DNA of 58,129 nucleotides, the filler included, from Dimargaris cristalligena (Eukaryota), in the NCBI GenBank assembly GCA_003614675.1. It is 2 parts of 2 records of this genome, joined end to end, with 100 filler letters (N's around TTAATTAATTAA, not from the genome) between each part and the next. Parts side by side here need not be neighbours in the genome. Positions count along the whole stretch, not along the records: positions 29,149 to 58,129 come from ML002493.1; 1 more part is not named here. One strand, written 5' to 3'. The notes under the pieces were generated by a model that was not told where the DNA came from, searched no databases, and was given only the letters and a program-made list of their open reading frames with translations. Of the stretch, positions 46,835 through 58,129 are shown one piece after another. How positions within the stretch are numbered: the first letter of the stretch is position 1; each line of letters begins with the position of its first letter. The position numbers and the translations under genes were made by a program.

Positions 46835-48081
46835 TTAAACAAAGTAGTGGTACTTCGGTCCATTATCACCAGAGTTGTGCTCGGAAAACTCCATTTTAAT
46901 CTGGGTGGGAATATTAAGCGAGGCACGGAGTTGCCGGCTAGATTGGAGGGATGCACAGGGGTGGTAGAGGAATGGCCGCAAATTAGGTTAATACAAAAAT
47001 ATAAAGGCACATTCCGGGAAAGTCACTGGCTGAGAGAGGGATATCAATAATAGGGAAAAGGAAAAGGAGTGGCCAGGGTGTATCAAATGACAGCACTTAC
47101 CCGATGTTCTCGCAAATTTCCTGGTTGTCGGCGATGCGGGTCCATAGAGATATCCGGAACTGACTACGACGGCAGGCAAAGACGACTCCGCAGATATCGT
47201 CCTCGTTTTCAAAGGTCTCGCCAATGAGGGCCAGAAGCTATCGGGTAAAGAAACATGGAATGGCCAATGGTACAGGAAGAACATCTGTCAGTAAATATAT
47301 GTATTCGGGGAATGGTAAAATAACAAAAATATGACAAAGCGGAGCCTGGCCATAGGGGGGAATAAGTGATTCCCCCTGTACAATACACAACTGAGGAGCT
47401 CAAAGGAAGCCGAAGTCAGAGAGAAGATTAGCAAACGGATATCCGCATTGCCGCCACATCGTACCCAAGGTCCATTTAGGGCAGGAAAATGGAACGCCAG
47501 CACTGAATCCTCCCCACCCGAGTCTATATCGGGCAACGAAAACACTCAGGGGCGTCCATTTCCGTCCGTAATAAATCCGACGGGTGGATGGAGGCACGAC
47601 TCGGCTTCTGGTTTCTCATCATCCGAGGCAATCCTGGTCCAAAAACCCCCTTCTATGGTCGGCCCAGTCGAAGGCAGTTAAATAGTTAGTTATTACTTAC
47701 AGCGTACAGCCAGAGGGTGTTGGCTTCGGCGGGCTTGCGGGGCAGCTGGACCACCCAGCGACCACCGTGTTCGTTGGCAACGTCTTCCCACATGGGCTTG
47801 ATGCCCTCCTTAAAAAGATGGTAGTTGGCGCCGGCCGGGATATCGGTGGCCCGGTTAATATTGTTGTGGGCACCCCAGAAGTCTTCCACGGTGCTGAATG
47901 TTATTATTTCACGAAGGTTCTGGGACCAGGTGTTAGTGTTGGTGCGCTTGGTGGGATTATCGTACCATAATGTCCAGGCGTTTTGCAGAGGGTGCTTGAC
48001 GTCAAAGTCATGGGGGTCGTTGAAGATGGTCTTCATGGGTTGTTGATCCTGGGTCGTGGGCGAGGTGGATTGGACCGACAT
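46835..48081 (-). CDS. EIF4E: Translation initiation factor eIF4E (class I), 206 aa; exons 48081-47701, 47237-47101, 46937-46835
   Basis: HPLQNAWTLWYD, TVEDFW, YHLFKEGIKPMWED, GGRW, LLALIGETF..DICGVV..RISLWT. All eight conserved Trp residues are present. Confidence 0.95.
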
Positions 48082-49583
48082 GGTGGGGATGATTAAGCGG
48101 AGACAGGCGGGGGTTATAAAAATAAAGAGGGAGAGAGATAAGAGAACTAAGCTCGGAGGGAAAAAAATGGCAGTGCGGATATAACAACGGGGGACGCACA
48201 AAATAGCCGAGGAAAAAAAGGAAATGTGTGTGTGGGTGAGTGAGTGGGTGAGATATATAAACTACAGTGCGAATCTAACGACTGAAAGCCCAAAAGCGAG
48301 AGAGAGAGAGTGTGTGTATATATATATGTGCTGGCTAGCTAGTTTAAGTACAGGTGCCGGGGAATCACAAGTGAGAGGGTCTCAAAGGAGGGGAATAACG
48401 GGAGGTTCTAGGCTAAAGGGTTCGGCAGCAAAATAGACAATATGCGCTCGAATAGGCTCGGGAAAACGAAGGGTTGATTACAGCAGCGAGTGTGGGAGAA
48501 ACACTGAGGAAAACGAATAGATAGTAAGAGTGAGTGAGAAATCGACAGATGGGCAGGGAAACTGCGGGAGATGGTCGACTGAAAGCAAATAGAGAGAAAG
48601 AAAGATTGCAATGGTAAGAATAGAAGAGAAGGAAGGCTTGAAGTGCTAAAGGAACGCCCCCCTCTGCGACCTAATATCCTTGATGGTGGTGACACAACCA
48701 CCCGAACGCGAGGTTTCCCGCTGCTACAGCCAAAGCAGAAGAGGTGTGTTTGTGTGGTCCACTTAAAAAAAACCGCCCGGGGAGAATATGCGGAGGTTTC
48801 GGGTCAAACTGCTCCAAGGTTAGAGGGTTTCAACCAACCCAGCCAGGAGTGGTGTTAGCCCATCTATCAATCCGATCGATACACCCCGTTCAGCTGTCGG
48901 GTAACATCGACCGACGGATGGATGGTTTGACAGTCGGATGGATATCGTTACTACCGATGCCACCGTTCTTTGTAGCTCGCGTCACTCCTCCATCCGTTCG
49001 AATCCGTCAGCTTCGTCGATGCTAGCGGACTACGCCCACGTCATAGCCACGCTGGAGGCGGGAGAGACCCCCTTTGGCTATGGGGCTTGCCACCGATTGC
49101 TACTGATTGACACGTCTATTCTCTCAATCTCCCCCATTCGTCCCCACATGATTGGCCAGGAGGCGGGAAAGTAGGGGGTGTATGGTACCTTCCCACCCAA
49201 ACCTAAACCCATTTATTTTCCCACCCGTATTTCCGCAGTTTATATGCGTATACCCTCCATGTAAGCGAAGCGGAGAGAGAGAGGAGGGCTCTCAGAGACT
49301 GAGCGATTTATTAGAGTGGAGTTGAGTAAGGGCAGAATGCACCCAGCATCTCCCACCAGAAGCACCCCATTCAAGATTGCACAGTTAGAGTAAGTGACTT
49401 TCATTGCGCTACAGCCTCTCTGTTTATGCTATGGTTTACTAATTACTTACTCGCAAGCCTTCTTGGGTCTCATTAGATTTATATTTATTGTTTGGCCAGC
49501 CTTTAATACGGTTGCTCCACCTCCCACCCCAGACTCCCAACAAAACCAGACTATCTTCCGCCCTTCCGCCCACTTCGTTCACC

Positions 49584-50373
49584 ATGGCCCAGCCGGACGA
49601 GGTTCCCCCAACCCAAACCCCTCCGCCCCCAGCCGGGTCAGAATCCCCGCCTACTACCAACCCACTGCCCGAGGACGAAAAGGACCCATTGCAGAAAATC
49701 GAGGAACTTCGTAAGATGTCCCAGGCCGATAAGTACAAGGCAGCTTTTAAGGTATAGATCATATATCCAAACTAGTGCACTAGAGGAGGGGATTTTTTTA
49801 TCTATGTGGAGACTAATGGGAGTTTAGCCCTAATCATTTCTAACCCCTTTCTTCATAATAATTATACATCGCCCTCACTGTCTTGGTTCCCCAATAGATG
49901 CTGTCCAAGGATGATTTCAACCGTGTACATGAGATGCCCTGCTTCCGGGATGGTTTCCTTTACGGAATGACCGGCGGTGCTGTATTGGGTGCCCTACGCT
50001 TTCTGCAACGAGGTGAGCTATATACGTATTACTTTGTGTTTTTTTTTTCACTTGGCTCTTTGCATCCTGCTCTGCCCACTGGTCATTGGATTTGCTTTCG
50101 CCACTTATATTTACTGTATACCATTGTTGGGCACTATATCCCCTTGCTTTCTCTCTCTCTCTAGGCAATGTCATGTCAGCGTGTAATTGGGCGGTGGGTG
50201 GAACGTGCGCTCTAGCTCTCATTAGCCACGAAGTATGTCTCTACCAGCGAAGGGCCCAGCTCGAACGTATTAATATCGCTCTGCGGAGTTCCTTCAAGAC
50301 CAATACTCCCAATGTTGCTCCCAAAGGCCGAGCGGATGAATTTAAACCCAGTGATCAGTCGAGTAATCAGTAG
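49584..50373 (+). CDS. COX20: Cytochrome c oxidase assembly protein Cox20; exons 49584-49751, 49898-50012, 50165-50373
   Basis: DFNRVHEMPCFRDGFLYG, ACNWAVGG, HEVCLYQR motifs with two TM segments. GT-AG introns in phase. Confidence 0.9.
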
Positions 50374-50966
50374 GCCTGGAATTCCATTCGAATATTGGCG
50401 CATACGATATTTAGGAATCTCAATAATACCGCCGACCCGATCTGTAAAACCCCTTCTACCATAATACATTAGATGTAAATGGTTGATGAAATGGTCATAT
50501 TATGATAACGGCATTGCGTTTCTTATGATTGCAAGGCCTGGTTAACAGCTGCGCTCATCTAAAGGAATTTAGAAATGTACCAATTTAGTTGTAGCTATAC
50601 ACTTTACTGATATGGAAGGCACGCCAATCAATTGACTCTTTGGGAAGTCGGTGGGATAAGTGGATCGATACGCATGCCAATCTACCAGGTGAATAATAAT
50701 AAGACACGGCAACTGCTGTGCTGGTAGCTTGGGTTAACGGGTGCCCATTAATTATACGCTTCTCGCGGTCCTGGCTCAAATAACTATTCTATAGCGCAGT
50801 ACTTTTTTTTTCTTTTTTTTTTTACCACCGCCCACCATCTGTATAAAGAATACTCTTATTTGTCGGCATTTATTAGGTTTTATTCTAGGAAAATATATTT
50901 TTTTAATTGCACTGGGGATGCATCAGAGGATGAGAGATACGGCAGATAGGTTCGATCATTTGATTA

Positions 50967-51272
50967 CTACATTTCCGACTTGAATAATAGCTGGGCTTGG
51001 TCTAGTTGCACGATTATTTGGTCGCCACTGCTCAACAAGGAATCCTCGGTTGTGCTGGATTTTGGTGCCCTGGCTCTGATGGTATTGGATTTATTACTGG
51101 CCGAGAGGGATATGCGGTGTTGATGCGTGGTACGTAGAAATGGATGGGCCAAATGGGTGGCTGGAGGGTGAACTACGCTGGGTGCTGATGCGGCGGTTAC
51201 GGATATGACCTGGGAGGCGATGGTTACCAGGGCTAGTACACTGCACCGCCGAATGACAAGAGCCGACATCAT
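50967..51272 (-). CDS. Small secreted orphan protein, 101 aa
   Basis: ATG start and signal-peptide-like MMSALVIRRCSVLALVTIASQVISVTA. GC-richer than flanks. TA-rich promoter region upstream. Confidence 0.55.
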   Translation of the reverse strand: MMSALVIRRCSVLALVTIASQVISVTAASAPSVVHPPATHLAHPFLRTTHQHRISLSASNKSNTIRARAPKSSTTEDSLLSSGDQIIVQLDQAQLLFKSEM

Positions 51273-54200
51273 AGTTAGAATAGGTATATATTGAACTTGG
51301 ATAAATGTGATAAGAAACTAGACAGAATATATTAACTACTTCGTATTCTATTTGAGTTGTGATAAAAGTAGGAGAGAGGTGGGAGGGAGATAATTAGGAC
51401 AAAAGCGATTAAAAAATAATATATTAATATACCAAACAACAATATTCATGAGTACGAAAAAATAAAAAGATTAGATAATTACTATGCGAACATGTATATT
51501 TCATAAAACAGCCACTTTCATAATCCAGTATAGGGGTATATTGAGAGGAAAGGCCCAATAGTATATATATATATATATGTTACCAAGCCATATATAAAAA
51601 TACACCCTATGGATCGCATCGCAGCTCGATTTCAGCTAGCCATCGGAACATCCAGTCCCTTGAGAGGAAAATCTACTACCCATTAGTTCAATCTCTAAAT
51701 TATATAATATATATATATGTATATATATGCCAGCGATCCATTTAAGCCGAAGATCTTCTAGGGCAACGGGAAGAATGTCGGTATATTACCTTTTAAACTG
51801 AGGGGAATGATGTCCGTATGAAAAGGATCCGAAAAAGGCAAAGTGATTTGGTAGGTTCAAAATATATCAGGCAGCTCAGTAGCGATCCCCATAGGTTCAT
51901 CGGTTTTAAAGTGGAATGCTTGTCACGCCATTGTCGTAGATAATCCACCGGAAAACAAATATACGAGATCCTATTCAAGTGTGATTCGACTGATATGGGG
52001 ACGAAGCGCGAAGGTTGAGCATTCAATAGCTAATGCCGGGGTCGGTATTCAGCGAGTGTGAACTGTATTGGGTAGAAAGGTTAAATATTAGTATAGGTAA
52101 TGTTATCGGTGTCCCTTCAGCCGTGGCAATTCTAGCCCTTCAAAATCACTACAGTCCCTAGATATACCTCGATCCCTACGTAAATAGCGGCACCATCAAT
52201 CTATACATTATAATTGGATCGTCAAACGAGGCTTACTTTGCACTGACCGTAGGTACCCGGAGAATGCCGGGTGCGATTTGGCGGATAAACGGCAATTAGA
52301 GACCCCATTAGACACGCAACCGCTTTTGTTTCCTTAGCGAGGGTCCAGAACTCCACAAGTTAATTGACATGACATACAATTAATAGATGGGGGTCGGTTA
52401 TCAATCCTTCATAGCATCAAATAATTGCCTACGGGTGTTTTTCACATTAATGAACAACGCCGAGGGCATTTAAGAACGCTAATGAATTAGGATTTCGGAG
52501 TCAAGGGCCGGGGCAGTGACGAGCTGCTGTATGGACAAGTTAACCAACGGCAACCTAGGCAATCCAGGGTATCACCTAAGTCAGCAAGGTAGACTGGCCA
52601 CAGCAAATCTAGACCTAAACGATTAGAAATGGTTGGCTATAGAAATGAAAATCGAGAGGAGGGGAGAAGTAGGTCTTGGCGATCTCTAAGGTGGCCAACA
52701 TCAACAATTGTCGGCAATGGGCAGGGGTGTAACTTTCTACAGTGGCTTAGGAGTCCTCCTCCGGATCGGAATATGCAGGAGTTAATCTGTCGATCGGCCG
52801 GGGTTAGCGATCGATGGCTAGACTGAACACAGAGGTGCGACGAGGGATAGGGGGCGGGATGCCCCATTAATCATGTAAAAATGCAGGGCGCATTTTGCAT
52901 GACTGCGGTTCAGGGACCCCACTACTACAACCTGGCAGAGATCCGCAATTTTTATTAGGTTATATCAATTAATTAATTGGCAATATAACAGTATGGAAAT
53001 TATTCAAATGTATCCACTGCTAATTTGCTGAAGGGAATCGCCGACATTAGCTACAGAATGAAAGGGCATCCTTGGCTACTTCCAATGTCCCGAAGATATA
53101 GTGGTGTTGGCGCGGGGATCAACCTAGTGTTAATAATAGCCCGTGGAATTTCCATGATAGCTGACAGGTGCTCGTCAAATTATAATACGAGCAATGGATT
53201 CATTGTCTAGATCTTATTCCGGGTGAGATGTGCATGTGGCGCGGGAGCAAGCCAAAGTCCCCTCATTATCCACCCCATAGAAGGAATCTTTGACTACTAC
53301 TTGCCCTCGTCAACCCAGGATGCAAATGGGTGACGCCGCGCCCCTACTCTGACTTTGATTTTGTTTATCTCGGCCGAACCTGGCTTGGTACAGACGGTGG
53401 AGCGCGTAATTGAAACCGCTTAGTTGTATAGAAACACGTTCTTTACACCATGTCAACAATGGAAAGTGTCATTCGACAGTGATTGAAAATACGGAAATTA
53501 CTGCTAAGTGTTTGTAAATTAGATGGGGTATTCGTAGCGCGACCATTCTCCCGGTGTAGCGAGGTTATCCGCATAACCCGCTGCGTGAAGAGGCGATGTT
53601 ATTCTGGTTAGTGGGTGTTGGGGCCAGTTGCACCGCCTAGTCTAGAATCCCACATGCTCCCCATGGTTTATCTGATCACCGTGGGTGATAAATCTCACTG
53701 CGAGTACATCTGTAAATTAATATGACCAATCCTCAAATATGCACTGATGAGGTTTCCTGTGGCCTATTTCTTGTGCTAGACAGATGGGTTTTTAAATTGT
53801 GTTGTATAAAGAACTGCGCAGAGCTCCCCTTTCCAATTTATCAATCCAAAAATGATATTACAGGGATTTGGTCCATCACGATTGGACTGTGCCGTATTAA
53901 TTACACTGTTATACGTAGGCTACGCGTAGAGGGGGGGATTTTCCCTCCAGATGTAGAATTTAGCTTCATGGGATATTAGGTGGGACTTTTGACCATCAAA
54001 TCGGCCAAGGCCACAGCCTCTGGTTATGGTTATGGATATGACTGTGTCGGAGTATGGCTACCCAAATGGCTGAGGCAGTCATAGAATCCTTTTTAACCAA
54101 GGTTGGTCCTCATTGCACGACGTTTGTACATGTAGACGACTATCAACTGTCGGCATTCCACTCTTACCCCTCCATCCTTTCTCTTACTATTTGCCTTACG

Positions 54201-54303
54201 CCCCCGTTACTGCATTAACGATTCCTACGAACCTCTCTGCTTTGGGCTATTCCCAGTTTATCTCTCTCTCCGCCTTCCCCCATTTACCCAACGTCGAGTA
54301 CAC

Positions 54304-55590
54304 ATGCCCCGCCGACGAGGCCGTCAATCCCGGCGCGCTGAACGCCATCTAGACGACGAGGAGTCTGACCATAAGGATGCCCCCGGCTTCCTGGACGAAG
54401 AAGGTTAGTCAATGCACTGGCTGAGTAAATCAGCACCACCCCCTGCCCACGCATGGGCACTCGCTGCCCAGGGCAACCATTCCTTTTTTTAATATATTTT
54501 TTTTGGCAACGGACCTCGGTGTAGGGCTTCCCGACTATAGCTATTTAAAAATGCCCCAGACATTAACCTTAGCCGGCCGCGACGTATACTCCTCTGCGAA
54601 CCCATACTTGTCCCTTGGCCGATTTTGTTCATTATTTTCCCAGAGCAAGAAAAAGTCATCAAAGACCTGAAGTTTGAAGATGAGAAATTGAACGCCCAGT
54701 TTAAGGTAGGCCGCTGGTTTAATTATTCAGAATATGCCTATACTTAAGCCTATATATCCGCCCCTAATATTGACTACCCCGTATTTTTTTCTCGCCTTAT
54801 TTTAAAGGAACTGGTGCCCCATGTGGTACTATTGCCGAGTCCTCGATGCCACTTATCACCTATATTAATCCATATCCCATATAATTACTACTCCGTTCCC
54901 TGGTATACCCTGGTGACCACTTCTATACGCACTGGAACGTCTATCCACTAGGCCTTCATGACCATCATATCCATAGTATTAATGTTGTGGTAAGTAATCG
55001 CACTATACCAGTTTGATCCATTACATTGGCAGCCTCGAGTTTATCTCCTCGTCCCATACTTCTGGTCAGACATTGCGTCTGGCTCATAGTTGTCCCCTAT
55101 TCTACCTAGGATACAGCGCCCCAGTGGTATGTTGAAATAGAATCTCCTCTGGCAACTCTATTAATATTCCACGGAATTTTCGGATATATCATCACCACCC
55201 CTAAATCCCCCTTTACCAATTAGGTTTATGATCCAGGCATACTACATGGCCATTGACCGGAATAAGATGTCCGCCATTCCATTCCTTGGATTCAGTCTAG
55301 CCACAACCCGCCCCCTCTTATCGTGCGAATTTTCGGTTATTTGCCTACAGTTGGGTCTGTACGGACTCTACAAGGACCACTTTTCCCCCTCTTTTTTAGT
55401 AGGGAGTTCGGCCTTATTTGTATTCCAATTCTGGCTATGCGTCCATGGTCTCTCACCCATAGAGCGCATCTGGTGGTCCTTGCCTGCCTTAATGCTCGCC
55501 TTTGACCTCTACGTGGGTTACGTCATTAACGTTCAGGGGATTCGTTGGTCAGAACTGGAGGCCCGCAAATATAACCTGAAAAGTGCGTAG
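54304..55590 (+). CDS. Conserved uncharacterised multi-pass membrane protein; exons 54304-54403, 54644-54705, 54952-54989, 55224-55590
   Basis: Spliced MPRRRGRQ...FLDEE/EQEKVIKDLK...NAQFK/AFMTIISIVLML/WFMIQAY...ELEARKYNLKSA. The LDEEEQE N-motif and ELExxKYxxKxA C-motif recall a widespread fungal hypothetical family. About 4 TM segments. Confidence 0.8.
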
Positions 55591-56633
55591 ACTACTTGGA
55601 TAAACATGCGTATACTATGAGGGCCCTCTCTTTTAACATTTCCATAAAAATACGCTTAGTGAGTTTTATACCAGCCCCTATGGAGGGGAAACCTTGAAAG
55701 GAAATCGAACCATGCAAGTTTTTTTTGTTTTTTTTGGAAAACAACACCTAGTCTGTATTTAAATATTTCCAACTGTGGCACCTAGCCTTAATGGAAGTTT
55801 TGGCATTCAACCCCGCAATACCTTTAGGTGTCCATCATATATAAAGTACATAGTACTATAATGGAGCCAAGCAATAGTGCAAGTTCCCGGGTTTAACTAA
55901 ATCGATTGAATAAATCCGTTGATTTATTTCCATTATAGTATGGAGGTTCTAGATGATTTTAAATACCATGTGCGTGGAGAATAAGCAGGGTACTTATTTT
56001 TAACCTGCAATGCCTATCTCATTAAGCGAATTCTTCGATATACGGCCCAACTGAACTTCTCCAGTGTGAAAATCCAAAAAGTTCTAGAGGCTCGCAATTT
56101 CTATGGATTGTAAGCTATTTATAAAAATACTGTTCTCATATTAATGCACTTCTGGTTAGGAACTGATTGAATGTAGATACTATGCAAACCGCAATAAATT
56201 TGTATTAAACTTTGCCATTTAGACACAAGGCCACAGAGAATACCAAATACTTCGGATGACCTACCATTGCCTACATATTCTTATTATTCTGATGCCATCA
56301 TATACACACAACCCTCAGGCCTTTCATACTGGTCCTTTTAGTAATCCGTCTGGATCAAAATGACTAATATCATTAGATTATTATGGGCCACTCAGCATGA
56401 GCTATACCTAGTTAGCCACCCACTATTGACACTATTAAATAGATACGAGCATGTAAAATGGATGGACATGTGTCTAGTGAACAGTCAATGGGTAATCATA
56501 ACTTTCAACAGGTAGATACAACTTCGATGTGACTATAGCATCCTAGCAAGCCTTACTATGAGCAGTTCATGCAATTAACGCGTGGGTATGTCGGGGGGGG
56601 GGGCGGGCTAGAAATTGGGATGGTGGTAGTACC

Positions 56634-56945
56634 TTAGAATGTAGAACTGGCATTGGCGCCCGCGGATGGGCCTGTAGATGCAGTAGCGCGGCCGGCATTA
56701 GCACCCGTGGGTGGGCCAGCGGATGTGAATTTAGTACCCGGGGATATGGGGCCGGCAATGAAGACTATGAATGCGGACTTGGAGTTAGAGCGGGGTCCAT
56801 GGCCGTATGGGAGTTTGGATTTTCTAGAGCCAGCAGCCCGACACTGGAGATAAGATGCTTGCTGAGGTAAAGAATCGGCACCAGTCATGGTGGCGACACT
56901 GATAACCAAGGCAGTGAAAAGGTGGTCCTTGAAGAATGAAGGCAA
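56634..56945 (-). pseudogene. Decayed small secreted protein gene (signal peptide without ATG; Gly/Ala/Ser/Thr repeats)
   Basis: LFTALVISVATMTGA signal-like core lacks an in-frame upstream ATG. Repeated GPxxGANA units. Coding-like sequence continues past the stop. TATAAA on minus at 57108-57113. Confidence 0.4.
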
Positions 56946-57599
56946 AGGAATGGCAAAGGTAGTTGGAGAGTTTGAGATTGGGAGGGAAGGAGAGTGTAAA
57001 TATGGCTGTAATATTTAAAGTACTGGGCAGTATGACGCGATAGGGATGATTGCAAGTGACGTTGGGCGAGAAGGTGCTGATATCAAACTGGCAAGCTGGT
57101 GGTGTGCCTTTATACCTCTGGCCATATAGATTTCGCAAAATTATGGGCCTTTAAGGGATTCACTGTCTAATGGTGACCGCTTAACTGTTATCTTCAGGGT
57201 TTCGATATTGCTATATTTCAGCAACAACTAAAATGAGATTAGGCGAAACATTAGTAATTCCACTCGACTCGATTCTTCCTTGACATGCACACATAGATAA
57301 ATCCATTACATATACCATGGTTATGATTTGGGTTTTTCGAGTGATATAACTCCAAATGTGACAAAGGCATATAATTTCACTAGAGAGTCATACAACTATT
57401 GCTGATACTCACCAGTTCATCGTTTTTACAAGGCCACTGTTGGAGTTGTCATCCCAAAGACCTAAGGATCTCTCTCCACTAGGCCATAAACATTGTTTGA
57501 GTTTGTGTAATTGTGGTTCCGTTTTGGAATCCATCAATTAAACGCAGCCAGTATATTCGGTATTCTGACTTTATATTTATGACTCATACGGTATGTATT

Positions 57600-58129
57600 A
57601 AAAGTATGAAAGGGCCAAAATATTTTGTGAGGTATGTGATACCTATAACGAATTATAGAAAATGGGACACAATGCAAGGCCGAAGTAAGTAATATGGGGT
57701 AGTAATATTGAGTGAATTGTATTAATTCTGTAGCACCCATCTTTATGTGAAGAGGATAGAGATAGAAGGAAAAACCAAGACTCATTGTTACTATGGACTA
57801 TAGTCTGGTAATTTTAACCTGAATGGGGATTGGTGACCAAACTAAAGGGCCTAAATGATACTCAGCTAGGTAATGAAAAATCTGGAAGGTAAAAACCGAT
57901 CAAATAGATTAAGCACATCAATTTGATGATATATTACTATTCACTGATTATTCCAACCCCTATACTACTATCAAATAATGTCTTAATAAATTGGGGTAGG
58001 TGGGTCAACATAAACTTCTCCTTGCTATTGTTGTGGTCACACTTAATACCACACAATAATATAGCCTGTGTAAAGAACTGAAATCAAATCCTTGAAAACT
58101 GAACTTTATTTGAAAAGATAGATAATAAA
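57600..58129. repeat. CpG-poor, AT-rich terminal repeat relic
   Basis: Very few CpGs, no ORF, lies at the sequence end. Confidence 0.35.

Noticed and set aside
3..58123. 13-mer TGAAAAGATAGAT at both window ends (3-15 and 58111-58123), hinting at circularity or terminal repeats
   Set aside because: Short, AT-rich, does not extend, and the ends lie on different contigs. At most two relics of one repeat family.
1..58129. CRISPR arrays, rRNA, prokaryotic operons or defence systems
   Set aside because: None seen. The sequence is intron-containing fungal nuclear DNA.

Overview
Eukaryotic (fungal) nuclear DNA with GT-AG introns, GC3-rich coding regions and AT-rich spacers. Gene content and style suggest an early-diverging fungus, possibly Zoopagomycota/Dimargaritales (inference only). 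An artificial 100-bp spacer (44 N + TTAATTAATTAA + 44 N, 29049-29148) joins two pieces, so linkage across it is unproven. Left piece: a CpG-depleted repeat relic, a secreted Ala/Thr/Pro-rich CBM19 protein, glycyl-tRNA synthetase (GRS1, broken by one extra C in motif 2), a divergent NCR1/NPC1 and Fsc1-like fasciclin pair, pogo-type transposase and Gag-like relics, and an Mms1/DDB1/Rik1-like beta-propeller gene that also has a 1-nt frameshift. Right piece: a candidate solo LTR 13 bp upstream of tRNA-Gln(TTG), an orphan secreted protein, VMA1 (6 coding exons, no intein), GID7/WDR26 (12 exons), eIF4E, COX20, a small secreted protein, a 4-exon membrane protein and a decayed secreted-protein gene. 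I could not establish a new biological system. The best leads are the two frameshifts (recoding or, more likely, homopolymer error), a uORF plus possible non-AUG extension of GID7, the tRNA-adjacent LTR-like insert, a structured intergenic element at about 53.2-53.6 kb, and shared GYEPL sorting motifs in the NCR1/FSC1 pair. All exon boundaries and motif matches were derived by eye.
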